The position numbers and the translations under genes are program-made. Positions 31,705 to 40,650 of a DNA stretch of 59,378 nt are shown piece by piece. Below the pieces are notes generated by a model, which was not told the origin of the DNA, did no database searches, and saw only the letters and a list, made by a program, of their open reading frames with translations. The number at the start of each line of letters is the position of its first letter. Position 1 is the stretch's first letter. Source of the stretch: Deltaproteobacteria bacterium (GTDB lineage Bacteria > Desulfobacterota > GWC2-55-46 > DRME01); NCBI GenBank assembly GCA_011375175.1, contig DRME01000074.1:1-59378 (forward strand), given 5' to 3'.

Positions 31705-33171
31705 TCAACGCTCGTCGCGCTCCCGGACCTCGCGCTCGCGGCGCTCTCCGCCCCCCTCGTCTTCTCTCTCCTCCCACATGCGGCCCAGGCTCACCTTCTC
31801 GTAGCCGGCCGGCACGACGAAGAGGTCCTCGTCCGGGCTGCCGAGCTTCACCTCCCCGGCCTCGGTGACTATCCTCGCATCGTCGTTCTCAAACTCCGTC
31901 CTCACGATAAAGCCGTCAAGGTCCACGGCCTCCCAGACGGTGCCGGTCTCCACGCGGCCGTCGGAGTAACGGACGGTCACCCTGTACTTCCTGCAGCGGC
32001 GGCCGGCCACACTCTCCTCGCCGAGGAACTCCTTGTCCTCGGCGGGGGCCCCCTCGTCCTCGGCCTCCATGACGTCTTCGATGTACATGCGCCGGTCGTG
32101 GAGGATGGAGTAGGACCTGCGCCCGTCAACGTCGAAGATGAACGACATGCCGCCGATCGGGGGCATCTCCCCGCCGGTCGCCTCCAGCAGGTCCACGCGC
32201 AGCCTTCCGCCCCTCTTGGCCACCTTCATGGTCGTCTTCGTCGTCCCGCCGCCGCGCTTGCGGACGGCGGTGGAGGTGATGACGGCGCTGAAGTCGCGCT
32301 CTTCGAGGAAGTAGAGGGGCGCCACGTCGGGCTCCGGCACGGCCTCCAAGTCCATGTCAATCGCCGGGGGCTCCAGGGCCGGCTCCTCCGGGGGTTCGGC
32401 GCTCGCCACGTAGGCCGCGCCGCCGCGGCCCGCCGGGAAGTCAGCGAAGACGAAGTCGAGCATGCGGGAAGTCTCGGCCGCGAGGTGCATGCCGGCGGCC
32501 TTGGTGATGAGCTTCTCGCCGAGGCTCATGATGGCCGCGTCCCTTACGCTCTCTTCCCGGTGGTAGCGCACGTCCCACTCCGTAAGCCCCGGTATCTCGG
32601 ATATGCCCTCGATGGAGCGGAAGGGCTCCATGCCCTCGCGGGCGTCCTTCACCTCGGCGGCCACGGCCACGCCGTCGCCTATGAGCCCGCCGCTTGTAAG
32701 GATGCTCTTCACGCCGTGCCCCCTCGCCCAGAGCGTCCTGCCCGAGCGGGCGTGGACGAGCCTGAAGCCCGCCCGGACCTTCTTGACGTTGTAGACGCCC
32801 GTCGTCACGTCGTCGAAGTTGAGGAGATAGCCGTAGACGACGCCGTCGACGCCGAGCTCCTCGCCGAGCTTTCGGGGCGTGGTCATGTCGAGCTGGGCGC
32901 CGAGGGTTATACCCATGCGGTCGCGCAGGATGCGGTCCGTCTCGTCGAGGGGCAGGACCCTGTAATGGCGTCCCTCGAGCCTCTTGGCGAAGGCCTCCCT
33001 CAGCCTGGCTGGCGCGTCCACGTCGTTTGTGGCGTTGTAGATGGGCAGCAGCGCCACCGTGTAGACCGGGTTGGACGGGTCCGGCGCTATGGAAGGCGCG
33101 GGCACACAACCGTAGTTCAGCAGGAGAAGCACCACGACAAAGACGGCGCCGAGGGGAAACCTCTTCATCAT
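31705..33171 (-). CDS. DUF799/GNA1162-like lipoprotein fused to DUF4412-like domain
   Basis: Lipobox NYGC; VALLPIYNAT, LGVDGVVYG; C-terminal LGEESVAGRRCRKYRV...VW...L.GF.VR...DLFVVPAGYEKV. Confidence 0.65.
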   Translation of the reverse strand: MMKRFPLGAVFVVVLLLLNYGCVPAPSIAPDPSNPVYTVALLPIYNATNDVDAPARLREAFAKRLEGRHYRVLPLDETDRILRDRMGITLGAQLDMTTPRKLGEELGVDGVVYGYLLNFDDVTTGVYNVKKVRAGFRLVHARSGRTLWARGHGVKSILTSGGLIGDGVAVAAEVKDAREGMEPFRSIEGISEIPGLTEWDVRYHREESVRDAAIMSLGEKLITKAAGMHLAAETSRMLDFVFADFPAGRGGAAYVASAEPPEEPALEPPAIDMDLEAVPEPDVAPLYFLEERDFSAVITSTAVRKRGGGTTKTTMKVAKRGGRLRVDLLEATGGEMPPIGGMSFIFDVDGRRSYSILHDRRMYIEDVMEAEDEGAPAEDKEFLGEESVAGRRCRKYRVTVRYSDGRVETGTVWEAVDLDGFIVRTEFENDDARIVTEAGEVKLGSPDEDLFVVPAGYEKVSLGRMWEEREDEGGGERREREVRERDER

Positions 33172-33238
33172 CAAAGACCTCCTTGCATATCCACCTCATC
33201 CGCCGGGGCCGCCGTCCCAGCCGCACCCCGGCCGGCGT

Positions 33239-34459
33239 CTACCTGCCCACGACGAGCTCTATGGTGCTCTGTGTGGCCTTGACTATGCTCAGCGGGAAGC
33301 CGAGCTTCGCCGAGGCTATGGCGTCGGCCATCTGCTGGGCCGTGGAGTCGGCCTCCACGTCGAGCTCCGCCTCGCCGCCCTCGAAGCTGCGCTGGTAGAC
33401 GGCCTTGACGCCCCGCACGCGGCCCCGGAGCATGTCCTTTACGGCCGTGAGCTGGCCGTAGTCGGCAAGCCCCCTGATCTTTATCCTCACCGTCATGGCG
33501 CCGCCGGTCCACTTGGCGATTATCTGCTCCATGAGTCTTTCGCCGGCCTGGGCCGCCGCCTTTGCTATGGCCTGGCTCCCGCCGGAGACGGGCGAGATGT
33601 GGCGGGCCACGCCGTGGCCGCTGGCCGAGCCGAGCACGGCCCCGTCGCCCACGCGCACCGCCTGGAGCGTCATGTCGGCGAGATAGGGGGCCACGCGGCT
33701 GCCCGGCGTCCTCGGACCCTCGCGGGCGACGACCTTGCCCGTCACCACCACCTCGGCGCCGAGCCTGCCGCCTATGGTCCTGGCGCCGTCGGCCGTCAGG
33801 TCGGCGACCCTGAAGGCGTTCGATATCTCGAAGGCGCCGGTCGTGCCCGATATGTCGACGACGTTGAAGCCCTTGGAGAGGAAGGCCTCCTTCAGGGCCG
33901 TCTCGCCGGCGAGCATCGAGTAGGTCTCGCCGTGGAATTCGCTGGTGCCCCACCACTTCCACCAGAAGACGTAGTAGCTGTCGCCGATGTTCTGCTCGGC
34001 CACCATGAAGAGCACGCGCGGCTTGCCCACGCGCCGCATGAGAAGCCCCAGGGCGTCGAGGTCGTCCTTGAGCTCTCCCATCTCCACCGTGGCGCGCACC
34101 GAGACCTGATAGAGCGCGCCCGACTGGCCCTCGCCGGTCACGGTGTAGTCCTTGATGTAGCCCCTCGTCCTCGTATAGACCCTGTCGCTCAGGACGGCGA
34201 AGTTCTCGACCATCGTCTCCGACGAGACGAGCGTGCCCACGGCCTGCTCCACGGCCTTGCGCAGGGCGTCGCTCACGGCGCCGTCGCGGGCGAGGGCCAC
34301 GTTGCCGTCGACGATGGTGGCTATGCCCCTCGCCTCCACGACCCTTGATTCGGCGCGGACGGCAGAGGGATGCGCAAGCAAAAGGAGTAAAAGGAGTCCG
34401 CAGCCTGCGAGGATCGCAACTCCGCCGCGGCGCGATGACGGCGCATGGACAGATATCAT
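33239..34459 (-). CDS. Secreted protein with FlgT N-terminal-like domain
   Basis: VEARG.A.I...ARDGAVSDALRKAVEQAVG..V.SET.VENF...GYIKDY.V; then KPRVLFMVAEQN alpha/beta domain; GGAGG before ATG 34459. Confidence 0.7.
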   Translation of the reverse strand: MISVHAPSSRRGGVAILAGCGLLLLLLLAHPSAVRAESRVVEARGIATIVDGNVALARDGAVSDALRKAVEQAVGTLVSSETMVENFAVLSDRVYTRTRGYIKDYTVTGEGQSGALYQVSVRATVEMGELKDDLDALGLLMRRVGKPRVLFMVAEQNIGDSYYVFWWKWWGTSEFHGETYSMLAGETALKEAFLSKGFNVVDISGTTGAFEISNAFRVADLTADGARTIGGRLGAEVVVTGKVVAREGPRTPGSRVAPYLADMTLQAVRVGDGAVLGSASGHGVARHISPVSGGSQAIAKAAAQAGERLMEQIIAKWTGGAMTVRIKIRGLADYGQLTAVKDMLRGRVRGVKAVYQRSFEGGEAELDVEADSTAQQMADAIASAKLGFPLSIVKATQSTIELVVGR

Positions 34460-34764
34460 CCCGAACCCTCCCGCGAGCGGACACCACTGAAGACGCCCGC
34501 CCATCATAGACTGGAATAACGGATGAATGATTTGATGCGAGTCGGCTGGAGGCGGCTGCCTCCCTGCGGCGGGCCGGCGGCCGCCCGCTACGGCGCCGCG
34601 GCCCCACCCTCTGGCGCCGCGGCCCCACGCCCGGAGACCGGCTTCCGGCGCCAGCGGCTTCCGGCCTACAGGCATATTATATCCCTAAATTCCAGAGTTG
34701 CAACGATTTTTATCACCCGCCGAGCGGCCTCAGGCCACTGGTTACATTTTTTCGGGCGAAGCCC

Positions 34765-34792
34765 TAAAGTTTCGGCGCCATGATGACGAAGA
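34765..34792 (+). promoter_or_regulatory. Possible sigma28 (FliA) promoter for the MCP gene
   Basis: TAAAGTTT then GACGAAGA (5/8 match to GCCGATAA), with spacing 1 nt longer than canonical. Confidence 0.3.
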
Positions 34793-35109
34793 ACAACTCA
34801 AACGTGCTGACGCCTCCAAATCCTGCAACAGCAAACATAACTTGAGGAAGCGCCGATTCTGTTCCGCTATGGGGACCACGAGGTCCGGATCGCTCCGACG
34901 GCACCTTTACGCCTTTTCTGTCAGAACCTCTCCGGGAGCGTCACGCAACGGAAGAACATAATACACATATAATAGAGGGGAAACGCCGGCCTGCGCCCCT
35001 TAACTGACACGGGGTCTCCCCGCGCAATCAGCCGGGGTATCCCTCATAACGTTCAACAATCGGCATGCAGCGACCGGCAGGCCTTCATGGACAAACAAAG
35101 AGGTGATCG

Positions 35110-36810
35110 ATGTTGAGGCAATCGAACAGCAAGAGCATCAGGCGCGAAGTGACGTTTCTTGTAATAACCAGTGTCCTCTTCTCGCTCGCCTGCATGGGGG
35201 TGTTGCAGTACCTGAGCGAGCTGAAGCTTCTGGAACGCTCGCTCGTCGACACGGCCAACGCCTCGCTCCAGCCCATCCGCTTCCTCGCGGCGGGCAGCAT
35301 AAACGGCGGCAACGTGATGAAGCTCAAGAACAAGACCGCCCGGGAGCTCTACAAGGCCAACAGCGACCTCCTCTACCTCAAGATGAGCGGCACGAGCAAA
35401 GGCACCCCCAAGACCGAGTTCTTCGACGCCATACCTCCGCAGTACATAGAGTACACATACGTCAAGGAAGGGATCACCGACGACGACATCGACACCTTCT
35501 CCGGCGCCTTCCGCTCGGGCGGCCTCTCCGCAAAGGACGAGGGCTACAGTCTCGACGGCGAGCGTTATCTCCTCTACATAAAGAAGAAGCTCGACATCCC
35601 CAACGGCGGCGAGCTCACGGCCGTCTACTCGGCCAGGGCCATAGAGGGCACGTGGCTCAAGGTGCTCAAAAGGATAGCCATCGTCGCCGTCGTCATATCG
35701 CTCATCTCCGGCCTCATAGCCGTCTACCGCACCAACAGGCTGGTCAGGCCCGTGATAGAGGTGTCGCGCCAGATCTCCTACACGACCGAGACCCTCGATC
35801 TCGGCTCATCGACGGTGAAGGTGGACGCCGACAACGAAATCGGCTCCCTGGCCAACAGCTTCAACGACTTCGTCCACAAGCTCAACAAGGCCATCTGGGC
35901 CTTCAAGGATCACTGCGAATACGTGGGCAAGGCGATCTCGACGCTCTCGGCGAGCACCGAGGAGATGCTGGCGAGGATAAACGAGCAGAGCCAGAAGATG
36001 GGCGAGGTGGCGGCCGCCGCCGAGCAGAGCCGGGCGACCATAGAGGAGACGGCCAAGAGCAGCAACTCGACGGCCAGCTCCGCCGAGGTGGTCCTCGAAA
36101 ACGTCAGCAAGGGCACCAGGATCGTGGACGACTCGAAGGCGGAGATGGACCTCATAGCCAAGGAGGTGAGCAGCACGGCGAGCCTCATGGAGGAGCTCGG
36201 CAAGGGCTCGGACAAGATAGGCGACATCATACTGGTCATAAACGACATCGCCGAGCAGACGAACCTCCTGGCCCTCAACGCCGCCATCGAGGCCGCAAGG
36301 GCCGGCGAACAGGGCCGCGGCTTCGCCGTCGTGGCCGACGAGGTGAGAAAGCTCGCCGAGAGGACCTCCCAGTCCACAAAGGAGATATCGTCGATGATAG
36401 CCTCCATCCAGGCAAACATCGCAGAGGCCATAGAAGCCATGGAGGGGGCCCGCACCCACGTGGAGGGCGGAGTGGTGAAGACCAACCTGGCCGGAGAGGC
36501 GCTCGGCGAGATAGAGAAGCTCGTCAAGGAGATCACGTCGATGAACATACAGGTGGCGGCGGCCACGGACGAGCAGGCGGCGACGACAAAAGAGATCTAC
36601 GAGAACATCCAGCGGGCCTTCGAGACGACGGAGGCCGTCAAGGAGAGCACGCTGGCCATGTACGAGTCCTTCAAGGAGCTCGACAGCATGTCGGAGAAGC
36701 TCAACCGCGAGGTGGAGCAGTTCAAGCTCAACGGCCGGGTAAAGGAGGTCGCGGCCATGCCGGCCTCACCGCCCCCCGGAAAGCCGGAGGCCAGGGCCGC
36801 CGTCATGTAG
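35110..36810 (+). CDS. Methyl-accepting chemotaxis protein
   Basis: TM-sensor-TM-HAMP; [38 protein letters not shown]. Confidence 0.95.
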   Translation: MLRQSNSKSIRREVTFLVITSVLFSLACMGVLQYLSELKLLERSLVDTANASLQPIRFLAAGSINGGNVMKLKNKTARELYKANSDLLYLKMSGTSKGTPKTEFFDAIPPQYIEYTYVKEGITDDDIDTFSGAFRSGGLSAKDEGYSLDGERYLLYIKKKLDIPNGGELTAVYSARAIEGTWLKVLKRIAIVAVVISLISGLIAVYRTNRLVRPVIEVSRQISYTTETLDLGSSTVKVDADNEIGSLANSFNDFVHKLNKAIWAFKDHCEYVGKAISTLSASTEEMLARINEQSQKMGEVAAAAEQSRATIEETAKSSNSTASSAEVVLENVSKGTRIVDDSKAEMDLIAKEVSSTASLMEELGKGSDKIGDIILVINDIAEQTNLLALNAAIEAARAGEQGRGFAVVADEVRKLAERTSQSTKEISSMIASIQANIAEAIEAMEGARTHVEGGVVKTNLAGEALGEIEKLVKEITSMNIQVAAATDEQAATTKEIYENIQRAFETTEAVKESTLAMYESFKELDSMSEKLNREVEQFKLNGRVKEVAAMPASPPPGKPEARAAVM

Positions 36811-37020
36811 CGGCCGGAGGACCTCCGCTCCGCTTCATCGCCCCCGGAGCAACCGGTCAACCGGTCGCGGCCCCGACTCGACGCCCGTGCAGCCGGGCGC
36901 GCGGGAAGAGAGCCGCCGGCCGGGCCGCCGGGAGAGAAAGTGAGAGCCCGCCGGGTCTTCAGCGCAGGATACAGGCTTACCGTTACGGACGCAACAAACC
37001 ATCCCAAGGAGGTCAGAAAG

Positions 37021-37539
37021 ATGAGAACAAAGGCCCTATGCACCTCGGCGATCCTTGCGGCGCTGCTGGCCGTCTCCACCGTGGAGGCCGGCGCCGCGTC
37101 GGAGACGTCCTTTCCTTCCGACTGGCAGAACTGGACGAGCATCTCGACGACGCTGACCAAGATCGGGGCGCTTCCCGGCTGCGACGCCGACGTGAGCTCC
37201 CTTCCGCCCATATACCAGGAGACGGTGGAGACCTACTGCGGCGTAAGACCCGGAGGTCCCGGAAAGGTGGCCGTCCTCGTCAGGCCCGGCGCCGTGGGCG
37301 CCTACAAGGCACGGAGCGGAGGCTTCGGCGACGGTCCCAACATGATACTCCATCTCAAGGACCTCAAGCTCCTCTTCGTGACGGGCCACAAGGGCGGCAA
37401 GGCCGTCTACGGCGTCTACTCGGAGGACGGCAAGGACATGGCCGCCGCCTCGGGTGGACTGGCCCCCAACACGTGCAGGACCTGCCACTCGGGCTACAAG
37501 GCCTTCTGCGTAAACGGCCAGTGCGGGACCAAGAAGTGA
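37021..37539 (+). CDS. Periplasmic monoheme c-type cytochrome (P460/c'-beta-like fold)
   Basis: Signal peptide, FP.DW.NW N-terminal motif, G.FGDG, single C-terminal CRTCH, four additional Cys; start ATG 37021. Confidence 0.65.
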   Translation: MRTKALCTSAILAALLAVSTVEAGAASETSFPSDWQNWTSISTTLTKIGALPGCDADVSSLPPIYQETVETYCGVRPGGPGKVAVLVRPGAVGAYKARSGGFGDGPNMILHLKDLKLLFVTGHKGGKAVYGVYSEDGKDMAAASGGLAPNTCRTCHSGYKAFCVNGQCGTKK

Positions 37540-37548
37540 GCTTGCCTG

Positions 37549-37585
37549 ATGAGGGAACCTTTTGCTTGCCGAAAAGGTTCCCTCA
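37549..37585. repeat. Isolated GAGGGAACC...GGTTCCCTC hairpin module (possible terminator between convergent genes)
   Basis: TGAGGGAACCTTTT-GCTTGCCG-AAAAGGTTCCCTCA. Confidence 0.7.
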
Positions 37586-37671
37586 AACCCCTTCGACCCG
37601 CCCTGCCTTCGAGGGACGCCCGGAACCTCAACGCCCCGCGCGGCGACGGCGACAAGAGGCCGGCCCTCCCC

Positions 37672-39990
37672 CTACCTCTCCAGCCTCTCCAGTATGAACT
37701 TTATCTGGCGGTCGCCGGGATTGAGCCTCAGGGCCTCGGCGAGGGCCCGCCTCGCCTCGTCGAGCCTTTCGAGCTGGTAGAGGAGCAGGGCCCGGGCCTT
37801 GGCGAGCCCCGAGTCATTGGGGTACTTCTCCACCCCTTCGGTGAGATAGGCGAGGGCGCGCTCGTTGTCGTCCATCTCCTGGTAGGAGAGCCCGAGGTAG
37901 TAGTAGATCGCCTCGCTGGGCTCTATCATGAGGGCCTTCTCGAAGCTGTCGGCGGCCTTTCCGAAGTTGCGCTTCCTGAAGTAGCGGCCGCCTTCTATGA
38001 CGAGCCTCGTGTGGAGCTCGCGGCGCTCCTCGTCGCTCAGCGAGGCATAGGGGTCCTCGACGGCGTCGACGGGCCTGCCCTCGGGCGCCGGTCCGTCAAG
38101 GACCTTCGCCGCCGCGGCCTCGCCTTCGATCCTCATCTGCTGGACCTTGACCGATCCGAGGTAGTTGCCGTCGAGCGATAGGGCCGCGCCGCGGGCCCTG
38201 ACGTTGACGTCGTTGTCGTAGATGTTGTTGCCCTCGATGACGGGGCTTGAATCGACGGCTTCGATACCGACGCCGTTCTGGGTGATGTCGTTGCCCCTGA
38301 CGACGGCCCTTGTCTCCACGAGGCGAAGGCCCGCCTCGTTGTGCCAGACGGTGGAGCCCGTCACCTCCGGCGAGGGCAGTCCCGATGCCGCAAGGGCCGT
38401 CACGTTGCCCTCCATGACGGCGGAGACGATCTTGACGGCGCTCCTTGTCACCACAACCCCCATGGCCGCGCCGCTTATCCTGGCCCTCTCCAAGCGGCCC
38501 GACGCCGAATCGAAGAAGATACCCTTCCAGCGCCCGCCGTCAGCCTCGACCGCCCGGCCCGGGAGGAACTCGACGAGCGAATCGGCCGTGCCCACGGCCC
38601 GGAGCGCGCCGAGCACCACGAGCGAAGCGCCGGGCTCGAAGAAGAAGCGCACACCGGGCTCGAGCTCCACGCTCACCCCCTCGGCGACGGTCACCTCTCC
38701 CTTAAGGACGTAGTCGCCGGCGTAGAAGGTCCTGTCCTCCGCGATGACGCCGCCGACGGCCACGGGCTCGCCGTGCCTCAGCACAAGACGCCTGGACTCC
38801 GAAGGCTCCCCCTCGTTTCCGGCGGCATCGACGGCCGTGACCCTGTAGTAGTACGGCGTTGCGGCCTGCACGGAGCGGTCGGCGAAGCGGGTCTCCTCGA
38901 CGAAGGCCACCTCCTCGTAGCCGGAGAGGGGTTTGATGCTGCGCATGACCCTGTAGCCCTTGAGATCGGAGGCGTCGACCCCCTTCCAGGCAAGCTCCAA
39001 CCTGTCGGTGAAGGCCACACCCGTGAGCCCCCCGACCCTGGGGGGCGGCTCCGTGTCGATGGTGACAAGACCGGTGATGTCGAACCACCGCGCCTGCGCC
39101 CCGCCGGGACGCCCGAGGTAGACCACCACGGGCGCGTCCCTCGCCTCGTCGCCGGGGACGACCATGTACTCGCCCAGGTACTCGCCTGGGCTGACCTCCC
39201 TCATGGCCAGCGCCTTCCTGAAGCCGCCGATCTCGAAGATGCCCACAAGACCCGGCTCGCCCTCCATGGCGACCTTGAAGACCTTCCCCTTGCCGAAGGG
39301 CCCCTCGCCGGCGTTGGTCATGACGTTGCGGATGACAGGCTCCCGCTCGCCCTCGAAGCCCTCTGGCACCGGCACCTTTTCGTTGAGCTTCCAGCCCAGC
39401 TCGTTTATGACGCGCGTTCTCTGGATGTCGCGGATGTTCATGGCCGTGGTGACGGCCGTCATGACGGCGCCCACCGGCGAGAGCGGCACCCCGCCCTCGT
39501 GATAGCGCACCGCCTCCTTTATGCGCCAGAGCTCCTTGCCCGTCGCCGCGTCGACCATCCAGACCTCGGCCTCCACGCCCATCTGCGAGTAGGCGACGGC
39601 GTACACGCGCTGGTAGTCGGTCACCCTGCCGTAGACGAGGCCCTCGGCGCCGAGGGCCTCCGCTATCTCGGCCGGAGGGATCTCGGCGAAGTCCTTACCC
39701 CTCTCCTTTTCCAGCAGCGCGAGCTTGGGGTCGAGTACGTTTATCTCGATGTCGCGGAACGGCTTGCTGCTGAAGTGGTTGTAGAAGCTGCGGCGCACCT
39801 GGCCGGCCACGGCGACGTCGTCTGTCTCGTTGCCGAAGGGCAGCACCGCTATGACGGCGGGGTATCTCACGCCGGCGGGGACTGCCGCCACGACGGGCCC
39901 CTCCTTGCGGGCCGCCCCGTCGGCGGCGCAGGAGACCAGGAGCGGCAGGCAGAGAAGCAGCGACACCACCGGCGTTACGACTCTCTTCAT
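37672..39990 (-). CDS. Multidomain lipoprotein: DUF799-like, FN3, beta-helix, TPR
   Basis: Lipobox LVSC; IAVLPFGNE, LGAEGLVYG; YYYRVTAVDAAGNEG (FN3); parallel beta-helix repeats; C-terminal TPRs; start ATG 39990. Confidence 0.72.
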   Translation of the reverse strand: MKRVVTPVVSLLLCLPLLVSCAADGAARKEGPVVAAVPAGVRYPAVIAVLPFGNETDDVAVAGQVRRSFYNHFSSKPFRDIEINVLDPKLALLEKERGKDFAEIPPAEIAEALGAEGLVYGRVTDYQRVYAVAYSQMGVEAEVWMVDAATGKELWRIKEAVRYHEGGVPLSPVGAVMTAVTTAMNIRDIQRTRVINELGWKLNEKVPVPEGFEGEREPVIRNVMTNAGEGPFGKGKVFKVAMEGEPGLVGIFEIGGFRKALAMREVSPGEYLGEYMVVPGDEARDAPVVVYLGRPGGAQARWFDITGLVTIDTEPPPRVGGLTGVAFTDRLELAWKGVDASDLKGYRVMRSIKPLSGYEEVAFVEETRFADRSVQAATPYYYRVTAVDAAGNEGEPSESRRLVLRHGEPVAVGGVIAEDRTFYAGDYVLKGEVTVAEGVSVELEPGVRFFFEPGASLVVLGALRAVGTADSLVEFLPGRAVEADGGRWKGIFFDSASGRLERARISGAAMGVVVTRSAVKIVSAVMEGNVTALAASGLPSPEVTGSTVWHNEAGLRLVETRAVVRGNDITQNGVGIEAVDSSPVIEGNNIYDNDVNVRARGAALSLDGNYLGSVKVQQMRIEGEAAAAKVLDGPAPEGRPVDAVEDPYASLSDEERRELHTRLVIEGGRYFRKRNFGKAADSFEKALMIEPSEAIYYYLGLSYQEMDDNERALAYLTEGVEKYPNDSGLAKARALLLYQLERLDEARRALAEALRLNPGDRQIKFILERLER

Positions 39991-40123
39991 GACACCTCGC
40001 TGCGGGAAGGACTCTCCGGGGGGTTCGGCCGGGGAGGTCACGGCCCCGGGTTTCCCGCGCCTCCCCCTGCAAGTCGGATTGTCTCGCCGGCGGCCCGCGC
40101 CGGGCGAGAGGGAGAAAGACCCC

Positions 40124-40510
40124 TCAGAGGGAAGAGCGCAGAAGCCTGAGCCCCTCCCTTGCGTCGGCGGCGAGCGGGCTGTCGGGGTAGTCGTTCACAA
40201 AGGTCTCGAGCTTTCGCGCCGCCGTCTCGTTGTCGCCGTTCTCTATGTAGCTTATGGCCTCCATGAAGGCGTTGATCTCCGTGTCGCTCAGGGGCCCCTT
40301 CCAGTAGAGGTCGTCGTCCACCGTCTCGGGAGCGCCCTTCACGCCGGCCACACTGGTGGAGTGGCGCGACTTCCCCCTGGAGTGGCTGTCGAACCTGGCG
40401 ATCATCGACTTGAGCCATGACATGAGACCGCCCGCCTCGACCGGTCCGGTCCCGCCGAGGGCGACGACGGCCGCCGCAAGGATCGCTATCATGCCTTTTC
40501 TGAGCTTCAT
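40124..40510 (-). CDS. Small secreted protein with TPR-like (CpoB/BamD-like) C-terminus
   Basis: Signal peptide; LETFVNDYPDSPLAADAREGL; GGAGG before ATG 40510. Confidence 0.6.
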   Translation of the reverse strand: MKLRKGMIAILAAAVVALGGTGPVEAGGLMSWLKSMIARFDSHSRGKSRHSTSVAGVKGAPETVDDDLYWKGPLSDTEINAFMEAISYIENGDNETAARKLETFVNDYPDSPLAADAREGLRLLRSSL

Positions 40511-40650
40511 GGCCAACCTCCGGTGAAAGCGCCGCGCAGGCCTATAGCCCTGCGTGGCGTTTGTGTTGTCCCGTGACCGGCGCCAGGGCCGGCGGCCCCG
40601 CGACGGTCGCCCCCGAAGGGGCGCACAGGCCGCCCTTCACGCCCGGCCGC

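Noticed and set aside
28500-34459. Calling the FlgT/FlgP/CsgG-like genes a flagellar or curli operon
   Set aside because: No flagellar structural genes or csgA/B/E/F are present; only domain-level resemblance.
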